Below, piece by piece: positions 19,595 through 28,136 of a DNA stretch of 64,000 bases. The notes under the pieces are model-generated. The model was not told where the DNA came from, searched no databases, and saw only the letters and a program-made list of their open reading frames with translations. The position numbers and the translations under genes are program-made. Source of the stretch: Candidatus Fimenecus sp. Lineage in GTDB: Bacteria > Bacillota > Clostridia > Oscillospirales > Acutalibacteraceae. The DNA lies in NCBI GenBank assembly GCA_045595185.1, contig JAZNZX010000014.1:3614-67613 (forward strand), read 5' to 3'. Each line of letters begins with the position of its first letter. Within the stretch, counting starts at the first letter, position 1.

Positions 19595-19663
19595 TTAGAA
19601 AATGCGGAACAATACCGCATTGGTACTCGGAGGTTTCGAAAGTGTACTTCGGTACGTGTCCAC
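19595..19663 (-). CDS. Candidate 22-codon leader ORF in the mgtE 5' leader (speculative)
   Basis: AAGGAG, 8 nt, then GTG. Encodes VDTYRSTLSKPPSTNAVLFRIF*. Its last 9 codons contain the second terminator-like hairpin. Confidence 0.2.
   Translation of the reverse strand: MDTYRSTLSKPPSTNAVLFRIF
19597..19621 (-). terminator. Second terminator-like hairpin in the mgtE leader
   Basis: aaugcgg-uauuguu-ccgcauu followed by UUCU (the U tract is partly within the stem). Confidence 0.4.
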
Positions 19664-19689
19664 AATTTTCACTCCTTTATCTTTATAAT

Positions 19690-19722
19690 AAAAAAATCAT
19701 TTTCGCAAGAACGCAAAAATGA
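19690..19722 (-). terminator. Expression-platform terminator of the M-box riboswitch
   Basis: On the minus strand ucauuuuugcg-uucu-ugcgaaaauga forms an 11-bp stem (two G.U pairs valid only on this strand), followed by U7. Confidence 0.55.
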
Positions 19723-19737
19723 GGTCAATATTACCAT

Positions 19738-19887
19738 ACATTTCGTTCAAGCTTTAGCTTCGCAGGGCGATGAAATTACATTAAATCATACCTTGTTTTT
19801 CGATATGACCTGCTGACCTGCTAATAGTGTCTCCACCATTTCGCGGCAGTAATCCGTATCCCTGTGGTAGCCTTACCTACCGAATGT
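19738..19887 (-). promoter_or_regulatory. M-box (ykoK leader) Mg2+ riboswitch aptamer
   Basis: The minus strand reads ACAUUCGGUAGGUAAGGCUACCACAGGGAUACGGAUUACUGCCGCGAAAUGGUGGAGACACUAUUAGCAGGUCAGCAG...GCUAAAGCUUGAACGAAAUGU. This is close to the M-box consensus and sits upstream of mgtE, its classical target. Confidence 0.85.
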
Positions 19888-19912
19888 GTAATTTATATTT
19901 TGTTGCACATAT

Positions 19913-19941
19913 ATTATCAACCTAAAATTTCTGTTTGTCAA
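19913..19941 (-). promoter_or_regulatory. Sigma-A type promoter of the M-box/mgtE transcript
   Basis: TTGACA, 17 nt, then GATAAT on the minus strand, about 25 nt upstream of the aptamer. Confidence 0.5.
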
Positions 19942-20055
19942 TACGATTTTTAAATTTTTATGGTTAAAATACACACTTTTTGAAACTCATATTTAGTATG
20001 TATTAACAAAAATTATCTTTTTCTGTTCATTTTTTGTTAAAAATCATTTTTTAGA

Positions 20056-20084
20056 TTGAATATACTAACTAATTGTGTTAAAAT
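20056..20084 (+). promoter_or_regulatory. Sigma-A type promoter of the transporter gene
   Basis: TTGAAT, 17 nt, then TGtTAAAAT (extended -10). Confidence 0.45.
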
Positions 20085-20121
20085 TAAGTGATTATAAAAA
20101 CACAGTTAAGGAGTGCATAAA

Positions 20122-22647
20122 ATGAATTTAACTCAAACAGTCAGAGACGGTGTTGACAAGGTTAAAACCTATTGGAAAACACCGCCCAGAGGTTGTTACA
20201 TGAACTACCGTGAAATTGCTGCTTATTCAGGTGGCGGTATCGGTGCTTACATGATTATTACACTCGGTAATGCATGTCTTTTATCAATGGGTAATACACT
20301 TATCTCATCAACTCTCGGTGTTGGTCCGACAGATATGTATTTACTCTATGTTATCGCTGTTCTTGTAAACATTCCTTTTACAGGTCTTCGTGCAACAATC
20401 ATCGATAACACAAGAAACAAAGCAGGTAAATACCGTCCGTACATAGTTACGATGGCTATACCTTCTGCCATTATATGTAATTTGATTGTATGGTTCCCGT
20501 ACGATAAGCTTAGTCTTATTGTCGGCGAAGGTATGATTTTCGGCAAAGAGAAAGATTATGTTGCAAAATGCGCATTGATTCTTATTCTTAATATTGCACT
20601 TAACTTTATCTACTACTTCTTCTATGACGGATATGAGAATCTTATTCACGTTCTTTCACCTAACACACAGGAAAGAACCGATGTTCAGGCAGTCAAGAGT
20701 GTTGTTTATTCATTTGCTCCGACAATAGTAAATCTTTTCACTCCAATCATTGCTCGTAACATTTTCCACACAAACACAACAGATATTCGTGTTTACAGAT
20801 TCCTCTACCCTATTCTTGCCGTTCTTGGTATTCTTCTTTGTATTGTTGTTTATAAATATACGGAAGAAAAAATTGTTCAGGCAAGAACTCACGTTGTTCA
20901 GATTAAATTTACTGACGCTCTTCGTGCAGTTGCAAAGAATAAGTATTTCTGGATTATCTCACTTGCAGGTTGGATTGGTTTCCTTGAATCAGCATACGCA
21001 AACATCCTTAACTGGCTTTACAACTACGGCGGTGCTTGTAACGGTAATGTTTATGGTCTCGTTGTTACTCTTTACGGTAACGCATCTCTTTGGGGTATGA
21101 TTGCTGCTCCGTTATGTATCAGAAAATGGGGCAAAAAATCTGTTCTTGTTGTTACAAATATTATGAACGTTGTATTCATTCTCATGATGCTTCCGTTCAC
21201 TCAGGAAATCAATAACTTAACAATCTGGCTTGTTATGGGTTGTCTTTATCTTAATGCACTTATGGGTTCATTTGCTCATATTCTTAACCCAACAATTCAG
21301 GCTGACATCCGTGACTATCAGCAGTATCAGACCGGTGAAAGAATCGACGGTATGTTCTCTGCTGTTGCTACAATCGGTACTATTATTACTCTCGGTACTT
21401 CAGCCGTTCTCCCTGTTATCTATGAAAAGGGCGGTATTACTGCTGAGAAAGCTAAGGAAGTTACATCAAACCCTGAAGTTCTTAATCGTGTTCTTGGCGA
21501 TGGTAAAACAGTTGGACAAATTCTTACTGAACAGTTTGAGGCCGGTCAGAACAACTACATTAATCCAAACTCAGCATTGTACGACTTAGATGTTTTCCTC
21601 CCTCTTGTTCATGCTCTTATCATTATTGCCGCTGTTGGTGCATTTATGAATGTTATTCCTTTCTTCTGGTATGACTTTGACGAAAGAAAACAGAAGTCTG
21701 TTATTCGCGTTCTTAAGGTTCGTGCTCTCTTTGAAGACTATGCAAATGGTGTTACAAAGGATGAACAGCTTGTTGAGGGTATTGATATTATCCGCGATGC
21801 AAGAAAAATGGCAGCAGAACAGCCAAAGGCTGTTGATAAGAAGTCATATAAATCAATTAAAGACAAGGCTCTTAAAAAGGCTGCTAAAAAAGCATATAAG
21901 GATGCTCTTGGTTTTAATGAAGAAATTGAAATTTCCAAGTTTGTTTGTGATGAGCTTGATAAATTCGGAACTGATGTATTCAGATATCAGTACAGTGTAC
22001 AGAAAGAAATTTACAGTGCAGGTCTTCAGGGTCTTAAGCTTATGACTCTTGACGAAATCAACGCAGAAATGACTACTGCAAAGGCTATGCCAAAAACAAC
22101 TGAAGAAGAAAAAGAAATCCGCAAATTTGCTATTGAAGTTGCAAGAAACAAAAAATCTTCTTACAAAGCTCTTAACAAGTATTTTGCAAACGAGGAACTT
22201 GTTCAACCTGACTTCTCTGAACTTGAAAAAATCTTTGATGTTGAAGATGCTTGCGATGAAAAACTCAAGGCTCTTTATCTTGAATTAAGAGATACAAAGA
22301 AAGCAAAAGATTCAGCAAAAGCTAAATCAATTAAGGCAGACATCAAGGCTTATGAAAAGAAAAAAGCTGAAGCTCGCAAAGCTTCTAAGGCTGAAATGGA
22401 TAAGCACGCATACTTTGCACGTGCGGCAAAGCCTTACCTTGATGCTGAAAAACTTGTTAAGCAGGAAGAAAACTACAAACATCTTGATGAAATCACAGAA
22501 ATGTATGACGATGCAAAAGCTCGTTATGAAGCTGCTATGGCTGAAGCTGAAGCAAAAGCTCTTAAAGAAAAAGAAGAGCAGGCTGCTTATGCAGCACAGT
22601 TAAAGGCAGAAAAGGCTGCTAAAAAGGCTGCGAAGAAGAATAAATAA
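20122..22647 (+). CDS. MFS/GPH-family (MFS_2, glycoside-pentoside-hexuronide-type) transporter fused to a roughly 320-aa Lys/Glu/Ala-rich coiled-coil C-terminal tail
   Basis: AAGGAG, 8 nt, then ATG at 20122. About 12 hydrophobic helices up to roughly nt 21670 (RNKAGKYRPY loop typical of the GPH family). A continuous charged heptad-like sequence then runs to the stop. Confidence 0.75.
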   Translation: MNLTQTVRDGVDKVKTYWKTPPRGCYMNYREIAAYSGGGIGAYMIITLGNACLLSMGNTLISSTLGVGPTDMYLLYVIAVLVNIPFTGLRATIIDNTRNKAGKYRPYIVTMAIPSAIICNLIVWFPYDKLSLIVGEGMIFGKEKDYVAKCALILILNIALNFIYYFFYDGYENLIHVLSPNTQERTDVQAVKSVVYSFAPTIVNLFTPIIARNIFHTNTTDIRVYRFLYPILAVLGILLCIVVYKYTEEKIVQARTHVVQIKFTDALRAVAKNKYFWIISLAGWIGFLESAYANILNWLYNYGGACNGNVYGLVVTLYGNASLWGMIAAPLCIRKWGKKSVLVVTNIMNVVFILMMLPFTQEINNLTIWLVMGCLYLNALMGSFAHILNPTIQADIRDYQQYQTGERIDGMFSAVATIGTIITLGTSAVLPVIYEKGGITAEKAKEVTSNPEVLNRVLGDGKTVGQILTEQFEAGQNNYINPNSALYDLDVFLPLVHALIIIAAVGAFMNVIPFFWYDFDERKQKSVIRVLKVRALFEDYANGVTKDEQLVEGIDIIRDARKMAAEQPKAVDKKSYKSIKDKALKKAAKKAYKDALGFNEEIEISKFVCDELDKFGTDVFRYQYSVQKEIYSAGLQGLKLMTLDEINAEMTTAKAMPKTTEEEKEIRKFAIEVARNKKSSYKALNKYFANEELVQPDFSELEKIFDVEDACDEKLKALYLELRDTKKAKDSAKAKSIKADIKAYEKKKAEARKASKAEMDKHAYFARAAKPYLDAEKLVKQEENYKHLDEITEMYDDAKARYEAAMAEAEAKALKEKEEQAAYAAQLKAEKAAKKAAKKNK

Positions 22648-22666
22648 TTGAATAAAGTATTCAATG

Positions 22667-22693
22667 AGCCAACACAATTGTGTTGGCTTTTTT
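22667..22693 (+). terminator. Rho-independent terminator
   Basis: agccaacac-aatt-gtgttggct followed by TTTTT. Confidence 0.7.
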
Positions 22694-22709
22694 GTAGCTT
22701 ATTACAACG

Positions 22710-22896
22710 ATAAATTGGAGTTTGTCGGGATGTTTAAGGTTAGTGTCATTCTGAGGAACAAAGTGACGAAGAATCTCTGTCCTATTTTAATAGACCCTTC
22801 GTTTCAATCAGGATGACTGATGAAATGCGAGAGATTCTTCGCTACGCTCAGAATGACTTACCAAATTGGTTGTTCATCCCGATAAATTATAATTTG
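22710..22896. repeat. MITE-like nested palindromic repeat, copy 2 (187 nt)
   Basis: The 70-nt left arm is identical to copy 1. The right arm gagattcttcgctacgctcagaatgac...cccgataaattataatttg matches. An extra partial end (catcccgataaattatactttg) lies at 22949-22970. Confidence 0.85.
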
Positions 22897-22976
22897 CATA
22901 ATTAAATAATAACGCAGGCGTGGAAGCCTGCCACTACTCGAAATCAATCATCCCGATAAATTATACTTTGTATAAT

Positions 22977-23013
22977 GAGAAAAATTCCCTGTACTTTTGT
23001 GAGTACAGGGAAT
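22977..23013 (-). terminator. Rho-independent terminator of rpoD (bidirectional hairpin)
   Basis: Stem attccctgtact/agtacagggaat with T runs on both sides. Confidence 0.65.
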
Positions 23014-23034
23014 TATCGTTTTTATTATATTATA

Positions 23035-24126
23035 TCAATCAAGGAAGTCGCGAAGTTTTTTGCTTCTGCTTGGGTGACGAAGCTTACGAAGTGCTTTTGC
23101 TTCAATCTGACGGATACGCTCACGAGTAACATTAAATTCCTTACCAACTTCTTCAAGCGTTCTTGGGTGACCGTCCTCAAGACCGAAACGAAGTGAAAGA
23201 ACCTTTTCTTCACGAGGAGTAAGAGTTTTAAGTACTTCAGCAAGCTGTTCCTTAAGAAGTGAAATTGATGCTGCATCAGCAGGTGAAAGTGCTTCATCAT
23301 CAGGGATAAAGTCACCGAGATGGCTATCTTCCTCTTCACCGATTGGTGTTTCAAGAGAAACAGGCTCCTGTGCAAGACGAAGAATTTCACGAACCTTATC
23401 AGGTGTCATATTAAGTTCTTCTGCAATTTCTTCTGCTGACGGGTCACGACCGTTCTTATGAAGAAGCTGACTGCTTGTCTTTTTAACCTTATTGATTGTT
23501 TCAACCATATGAACAGGAATACGGATAGTTCTTGCCTGGTCAGCAATAGCACGGGTAATTGCCTGTCTTATCCACCATGTAGCATAAGTAGAGAATTTAA
23601 AGCCTTTTGTATAGTCAAACTTTTCAGCAGCTTTTAAAAGACCAAGGTTACCTTCCTGAATAAGGTCAAGAAACTGCATTCCACGACCAACATAACGCTT
23701 TGCGATACTGACAACAAGACGAAGGTTTGCATTTACAAGTCTTCTTTTTGCCTTTTCATCATCGTCAGCAATACGAATAGCAAGTTCAATTTCTTCTTCT
23801 GATGAAAGAAGCGGTACACGACCGATTTCCTTAAGATAAACTCTTACAGGGTCGTCAATAATAAGAGTTTTATTGTCGCCAAGACCGCCATCGTCTGTTT
23901 TTGCCATATCTGATTCGTCAGCAATAGCATCTCTTGCCATATCACCAAGGTCATCAATAAGCTCAATGTTATTTGCCTCAATCATTTCATAAAGCTTATC
24001 AAGCTCTTCCATTTCAATATCAAGGTCAATAATAGCATTGTCAATTTCCTGAGTTGTAAGCTTACCTACTGCTTTACCCTTTTCAACCAAGGCTTTTAAT
24101 GCTGACTTCTTTTCTACATTATCCAT
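23035..24126 (-). CDS. rpoD: RNA polymerase primary sigma factor
   Basis: [27 protein letters not shown] (region 2.4/3.0) and region 4.2 [20 protein letters not shown]. Confidence 0.95.
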   Translation of the reverse strand: MDNVEKKSALKALVEKGKAVGKLTTQEIDNAIIDLDIEMEELDKLYEMIEANNIELIDDLGDMARDAIADESDMAKTDDGGLGDNKTLIIDDPVRVYLKEIGRVPLLSSEEEIELAIRIADDDEKAKRRLVNANLRLVVSIAKRYVGRGMQFLDLIQEGNLGLLKAAEKFDYTKGFKFSTYATWWIRQAITRAIADQARTIRIPVHMVETINKVKKTSSQLLHKNGRDPSAEEIAEELNMTPDKVREILRLAQEPVSLETPIGEEEDSHLGDFIPDDEALSPADAASISLLKEQLAEVLKTLTPREEKVLSLRFGLEDGHPRTLEEVGKEFNVTRERIRQIEAKALRKLRHPSRSKKLRDFLD

Positions 24127-24144
24127 ATTTTTTCTCCTCCGGTT

Positions 24145-25887
24145 TTATTCTTCAAAAAACTTTAAAAAGTCCTCGTCACTGATGCCATCCACATCATGAA
24201 TTACTTTTTTGTTTTTTTCGTTCAGAATTACATTTATACAATCATCACACTCTGCAAATGTGTTTTTAAGAGTATGAGAAATTGTCTGAATTTTTGCTAC
24301 GGCACTTATTTCATCTTCCGTAAGTTCACCATACAAGAATGAAATTTCTGCCGATTTGCCCTGACGGATTCTGTCAGTTATTGATTTATATATTCTGCGA
24401 TTAAAATCTGTGACATAATCATCAGAAGACAATTTTTCGTCAACAGATGACAAAAATTCAGGGTTTGCCATAACAAGTGCTATAAGCATTTCTTCAGCCT
24501 TTGCTGCACGATAGAATTTCTTTCGCTGTGGATTGAGTTTATCGAGAATATCGTCTTTTTTCTGAATTTCCGTAAACTCCCGTTTTTGTGCAGTTACCTG
24601 ATTTCTTTTTGCTTGTCGTTTCGCCTCATTAATAATTACATCCTTTGATACTGAAAGCTCATCGGCAATTCTTGAAGCGTATATTTCAAGCTCAATCGGT
24701 CCGACTGTTGAAAGCACCTTGACTGCCGCCTGAAGATACTGTCGTTTTCCGTCATCACTTGCCACATCATATTTATTATGCTCACGCAAAAGTGCAAATT
24801 CAACTTCATTAGCTGCACCCGTAATTATGGCTTTCATTTTTTCAACACCATAATTTTTAATAATTTCATCTGGGTCTTTACCACCACTTAAGCGAAGAAT
24901 TTTAATCTTTGCGTTTGTTTTCTTAAATATCATCAACGCTCTTGCAGCGGCTTTTTGCCCTGCTTCATCAGCATCATACGAAATAAGAATTTCTGACGCA
25001 TAACGGGACAAAAGCTGTGCTTGTTCACTTGTCAGGGCTGTTCCGAGTCCAGCAACAGCATTTGTAAACCCTGCCTGATGAAGCGCTATAACATCCATAT
25101 ATCCTTCGCAAAGAATAAGACTGTCTTGTCCACTTTTTTTTGCAAGATTTAAGGCAAACACGCCCATACTCTTTTTGTAAACCAATGTATCGGATGTATT
25201 AAGATATTTGGGTTTTGAGTCGTCCATAACTCGTCCGCCAAAGGCGATAACATTACCCTTTACATCGATAATCGGGAAAATAACACGATTACGGAAATTG
25301 TCGTAAATATTATTTGGATTTTTTTGTGAACGCCTCGCAAGATTTGCAAAAACAAGCTCGTCCTTTGTATAGCCTTTTCCCAACATATAGTTAGTAAGTG
25401 CGTTAAAGGAATCAGGTGCAAAACCAAGACCGAATCGTTTTATTGTGTCGTCGGTAAGTCCCCTATTTTTAAAATATCTGTAACCTACTGCACCGTCAGG
25501 TGTTGTCAATGTTTTAAAGAAAAATCTTGCTGCATCACGATTAGCCTCAAGCATACGAAGTCTTCGCTTGTTCATTGTACTGTCGTAGTTGTTTTCGTCA
25601 GGCACATCAAGTCCCACACGGTCAGCCAAAAACCTGACAGCATCAATATAATCAAGATTTTCAATATTTTTAATAAAGGTAATTACATCGCCACCGTTAC
25701 CACAACCGAAGCAATAATATGACTGTGTATCAGGATAAACTGTGAATGAAGCTGTTTTTTCACCGTGAAAAGGACAAAGTCCTTTACTGATTCTTCCTGC
25801 TCGTTTCAGGTTCACATAAGAAGAAATTGTGCTTTCAATATCAGCACGATTTCGAAGTTCCATCAAAAAATCATCTGATAATGCCAC
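24145..25887 (-). CDS. dnaG: DNA primase
   Basis: Zinc finger CPFHGEKTASFTV...CFGCGNGGDVITF and a TOPRIM region (EGYMDVIAL). Confidence 0.95.
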   Translation of the reverse strand: MALSDDFLMELRNRADIESTISSYVNLKRAGRISKGLCPFHGEKTASFTVYPDTQSYYCFGCGNGGDVITFIKNIENLDYIDAVRFLADRVGLDVPDENNYDSTMNKRRLRMLEANRDAARFFFKTLTTPDGAVGYRYFKNRGLTDDTIKRFGLGFAPDSFNALTNYMLGKGYTKDELVFANLARRSQKNPNNIYDNFRNRVIFPIIDVKGNVIAFGGRVMDDSKPKYLNTSDTLVYKKSMGVFALNLAKKSGQDSLILCEGYMDVIALHQAGFTNAVAGLGTALTSEQAQLLSRYASEILISYDADEAGQKAAARALMIFKKTNAKIKILRLSGGKDPDEIIKNYGVEKMKAIITGAANEVEFALLREHNKYDVASDDGKRQYLQAAVKVLSTVGPIELEIYASRIADELSVSKDVIINEAKRQAKRNQVTAQKREFTEIQKKDDILDKLNPQRKKFYRAAKAEEMLIALVMANPEFLSSVDEKLSSDDYVTDFNRRIYKSITDRIRQGKSAEISFLYGELTEDEISAVAKIQTISHTLKNTFAECDDCINVILNEKNKKVIHDVDGISDEDFLKFFEE

Positions 25888-26903
25888 TAATATTCCTCCT
25901 CAAGTCCTATATCCACCCAGGAATCAGGAATAAATATTTTTTTGTAAACAGCTAAAAGATAACGGTCACTCATACCTGCGATATAGTCACAAGCAGCACG
26001 AGAAACACTTTCTTCACTGATAATATATTGATATGCTTTGGAAATTCTGTCAGGATTATTAAGAAAATAATCATAAAGACGGACTATAATTTCCATAGCC
26101 TTTGTTTCTTCACCCTTACAAACAGGGTTAGTATATACCTTATCAAACATAAATGAATGAAGCTCGTCAAATGGCTGTTGGATACGGTCGGAAAATACAA
26201 TATCATCAACACTGTTTTCAACAACATCAAGAACCATTGTATTGATTCTTGCGCTCTTTTTAAAGCCTAATTCGTTACGGATTGCAAGAGGTATATCCTC
26301 CTCACACATAACACCTGCGCGAACTGCATCGTCAATATCGTGATTTATATATGCAATCTTATCGGCAAGCTTTACAATCCGCCCTTCAAGAGTGTCGGCC
26401 TCTTTACCGCGTGTATGACAAACGATACCGTCACGAACCTCATATGTAAGATTAAGTCCTTTTCCGTTCTTTTCAAGTCGTTCCACCACTCTCAAGCTCT
26501 GGTCAAAATGTCTGAAGCCATCAGGAACTACAGAATTTAATGCTCTTTCACCTGCATGTCCGAAAGGAGTATGTCCCAAATCGTGACCAAGTGCGATAGC
26601 CTCAGTCAAATCTTCATTGAGATAAAGTCCGATTGCAATTGTTCTTGCAATCTGTGAAACCTCAAGAGTGTGCGTGAGTCTTGTTCTGTAATGGTCACCT
26701 TCAGGAGACAAGAAAACCTGTGTTTTATGCTTTAATCGTCTGAACGAATTTGAATGTATAATTCTGTCTCTGTCGCGTTGAAAATCAGTTCTTAAAGGGC
26801 ATTTTTCTTCCTCTATTTTTCTGCCTTTAGTTTCTGCAGAAAGGCAGGCTTTATCTGACAACAAAATCTTTTCATTATTCTCTATTTTTTCTCTTACTGT
26901 CAT
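25887..26903 (-). CDS. dGTP triphosphohydrolase-like HD-domain protein
   Basis: RDRDRIIHSNSFRRLKHKTQVF and HDLGHTPFGHAGE. Conserved position upstream of dnaG-rpoD. Confidence 0.88.
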   Translation of the reverse strand: MTVREKIENNEKILLSDKACLSAETKGRKIEEEKCPLRTDFQRDRDRIIHSNSFRRLKHKTQVFLSPEGDHYRTRLTHTLEVSQIARTIAIGLYLNEDLTEAIALGHDLGHTPFGHAGERALNSVVPDGFRHFDQSLRVVERLEKNGKGLNLTYEVRDGIVCHTRGKEADTLEGRIVKLADKIAYINHDIDDAVRAGVMCEEDIPLAIRNELGFKKSARINTMVLDVVENSVDDIVFSDRIQQPFDELHSFMFDKVYTNPVCKGEETKAMEIIVRLYDYFLNNPDRISKAYQYIISEESVSRAACDYIAGMSDRYLLAVYKKIFIPDSWVDIGLEEEY

Positions 26904-26996
26904 TTTAATGCCTCCTTAAAAAACTTTTACTAAAAAACCTTCTATAATTATATATACGAAAAAAGTCAAAATTCCTTTATTTTTTTTGAAAAAATT

Positions 26997-27620
26997 TTAA
27001 AATTCGCAAAATTCTTCTGCTACAACTGTCGAAAATACTTTTCCGTAGCTTAATTCGGTCAGTTTTGCGTTAATGTTATCTTTATTTTCACTTTTAATTC
27101 TGAATGTTACTTTTACATTATCTGTAAATTCTGTGTCAAGAATAACCGTATCCTCGCGAGAAAGAAAATCAGTCAGTTTCCCGTAAAATGTGTAATCACA
27201 CTCAACAGACAAATCAAGACAATGTGCCATCGTAATGATTTTTGCACTGTCAACACCGATTTTTGCACTGTGAGAATATGCGCGGACAAGACCGCCACCA
27301 CCAAGAAGAATACCACCGAAATATCTAGTTACTACAACACAGACATCAACAAGTCCTTCCTTTTCAAGCACATCAAGTACGGGAACACCTGCTGTCCCCT
27401 GTGGTTCACCGTCATCAGAATATCTTTTGACACCACCGTCACGAAGAATATATGCATGAACATTATGAGTCGCATCCCAATGCTTTGACTTTATTTCAGT
27501 AATAAAAGCATTTGCTTCATCGACTGTTGTAACCGGTTTCGCATAACCAATAAACCTTGAACGCTTGACAATATATTCATCACTATTAAATTCCTTAACA
27601 GTTCTATATTCCTTTGGCAT
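26997..27620 (-). CDS. YigZ/IMPACT (UPF0029) family protein
   Basis: KRSRFIGYAKPV...HWDATHNVHAYIL...SDDGEPQGTAG is the typical YigZ pattern. Confidence 0.82.
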   Translation of the reverse strand: MPKEYRTVKEFNSDEYIVKRSRFIGYAKPVTTVDEANAFITEIKSKHWDATHNVHAYILRDGGVKRYSDDGEPQGTAGVPVLDVLEKEGLVDVCVVVTRYFGGILLGGGGLVRAYSHSAKIGVDSAKIITMAHCLDLSVECDYTFYGKLTDFLSREDTVILDTEFTDNVKVTFRIKSENKDNINAKLTELSYGKVFSTVVAEEFCEF

Positions 27621-27635
27621 TTTGAGACCTCTTTT

Positions 27636-27798
27636 GTAACCGCTGAATAAATCGGGTTGCGATTATCAGCGAGATAGTTTTTTGTCAGAACCGTCAAAAA
27701 AACGCAGGCAATACTTTGTGTATTAACGAGTATTTTGGACGAGTTATGACGGAAAAGTAGCCGCTGAGATTTGTGACCAAGATTTAAGAAGCGGTTAC
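27636..27798 (+). ncRNA. Candidate rod-like structured RNA (6S-like shape; identity and strand uncertain)
   Basis: The ends pair (gtaaccgct 27636-44 with agcggttac 27790-98). Continuing inward: taaatc/gattta, a 17-position helix 27655-71 with 27762-78 (15 pairs, 3 of them G.U only on the plus strand), and ccgtca/tgacgg. Internal loops separate the helices. Confidence 0.25.
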
Positions 27799-27802
27799 CT
27801 TA

Positions 27803-27834
27803 TAAAACAAAAGGTGGTACTTGCTTGTACCACC
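27803..27834 (-). terminator. Rho-independent terminator of rpmE (hairpin usable on both strands)
   Basis: ggtggtac-ttgctt-gtaccacc, followed by UUUUGUUUUA on the minus strand. Confidence 0.65.
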
Positions 27835-27852
27835 ATTATGTTTTTAGAAAAA

Positions 27853-28056
27853 TTATTTTGAGAGATTGTAACGTTTGTTAAATCTGTCAACACGTCCGCC
27901 TGCATCAACAAGCTTCTGCTTACCTGTAAAGAATGGGTGGCAATTTGAGCAGATATCAACCTTTAAATCTTCTTTTGTTGAACGAGTTTCAAATGTAGCA
28001 CCACAAGCGCACTTTACTGTTACTGTTTTATACTCTGGATGGAGTCCCTGTTTCAT
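27853..28056 (-). CDS. rpmE: 50S ribosomal protein L31
   Basis: [19 protein letters not shown]...[13 protein letters not shown]. Confidence 0.95.
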   Translation of the reverse strand: MKQGLHPEYKTVTVKCACGATFETRSTKEDLKVDICSNCHPFFTGKQKLVDAGGRVDRFNKRYNLSK

Positions 28057-28099
28057 GACAATTGTCACCTCTTTCAGTACTTATTTACATAGCCTAATG

Positions 28100-28128
28100 A
28101 TTTTAGCACAAGACAATGCAAAAATCAA
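28100..28128 (-). promoter_or_regulatory. Sigma-A type promoter of rpmE
   Basis: TTGATT, 17 nt, then TGcTAAAAT on the minus strand. Confidence 0.5.
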
Positions 28129-28136
28129 GTGTTTTT

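Noticed and set aside
19601-19621. Strong canonical terminator call for the second hairpin in the mgtE leader
   Set aside because: On the minus strand the hairpin is followed by UUCUAAAAAA. The U tract is short and partly inside the stem, so it is kept only as a low-confidence attenuator element.
21650-22603. Alternative-frame ORFs inside the transporter tail (21650-22045, 22352-22603, 21853-22206) or a separate coiled-coil gene
   Set aside because: The main frame is uninterrupted from the membrane domain to 22647. There is no stop, SD or start at the junction, and the others are repeat-driven alternative frames of Lys/Glu/Ala-rich sequence.
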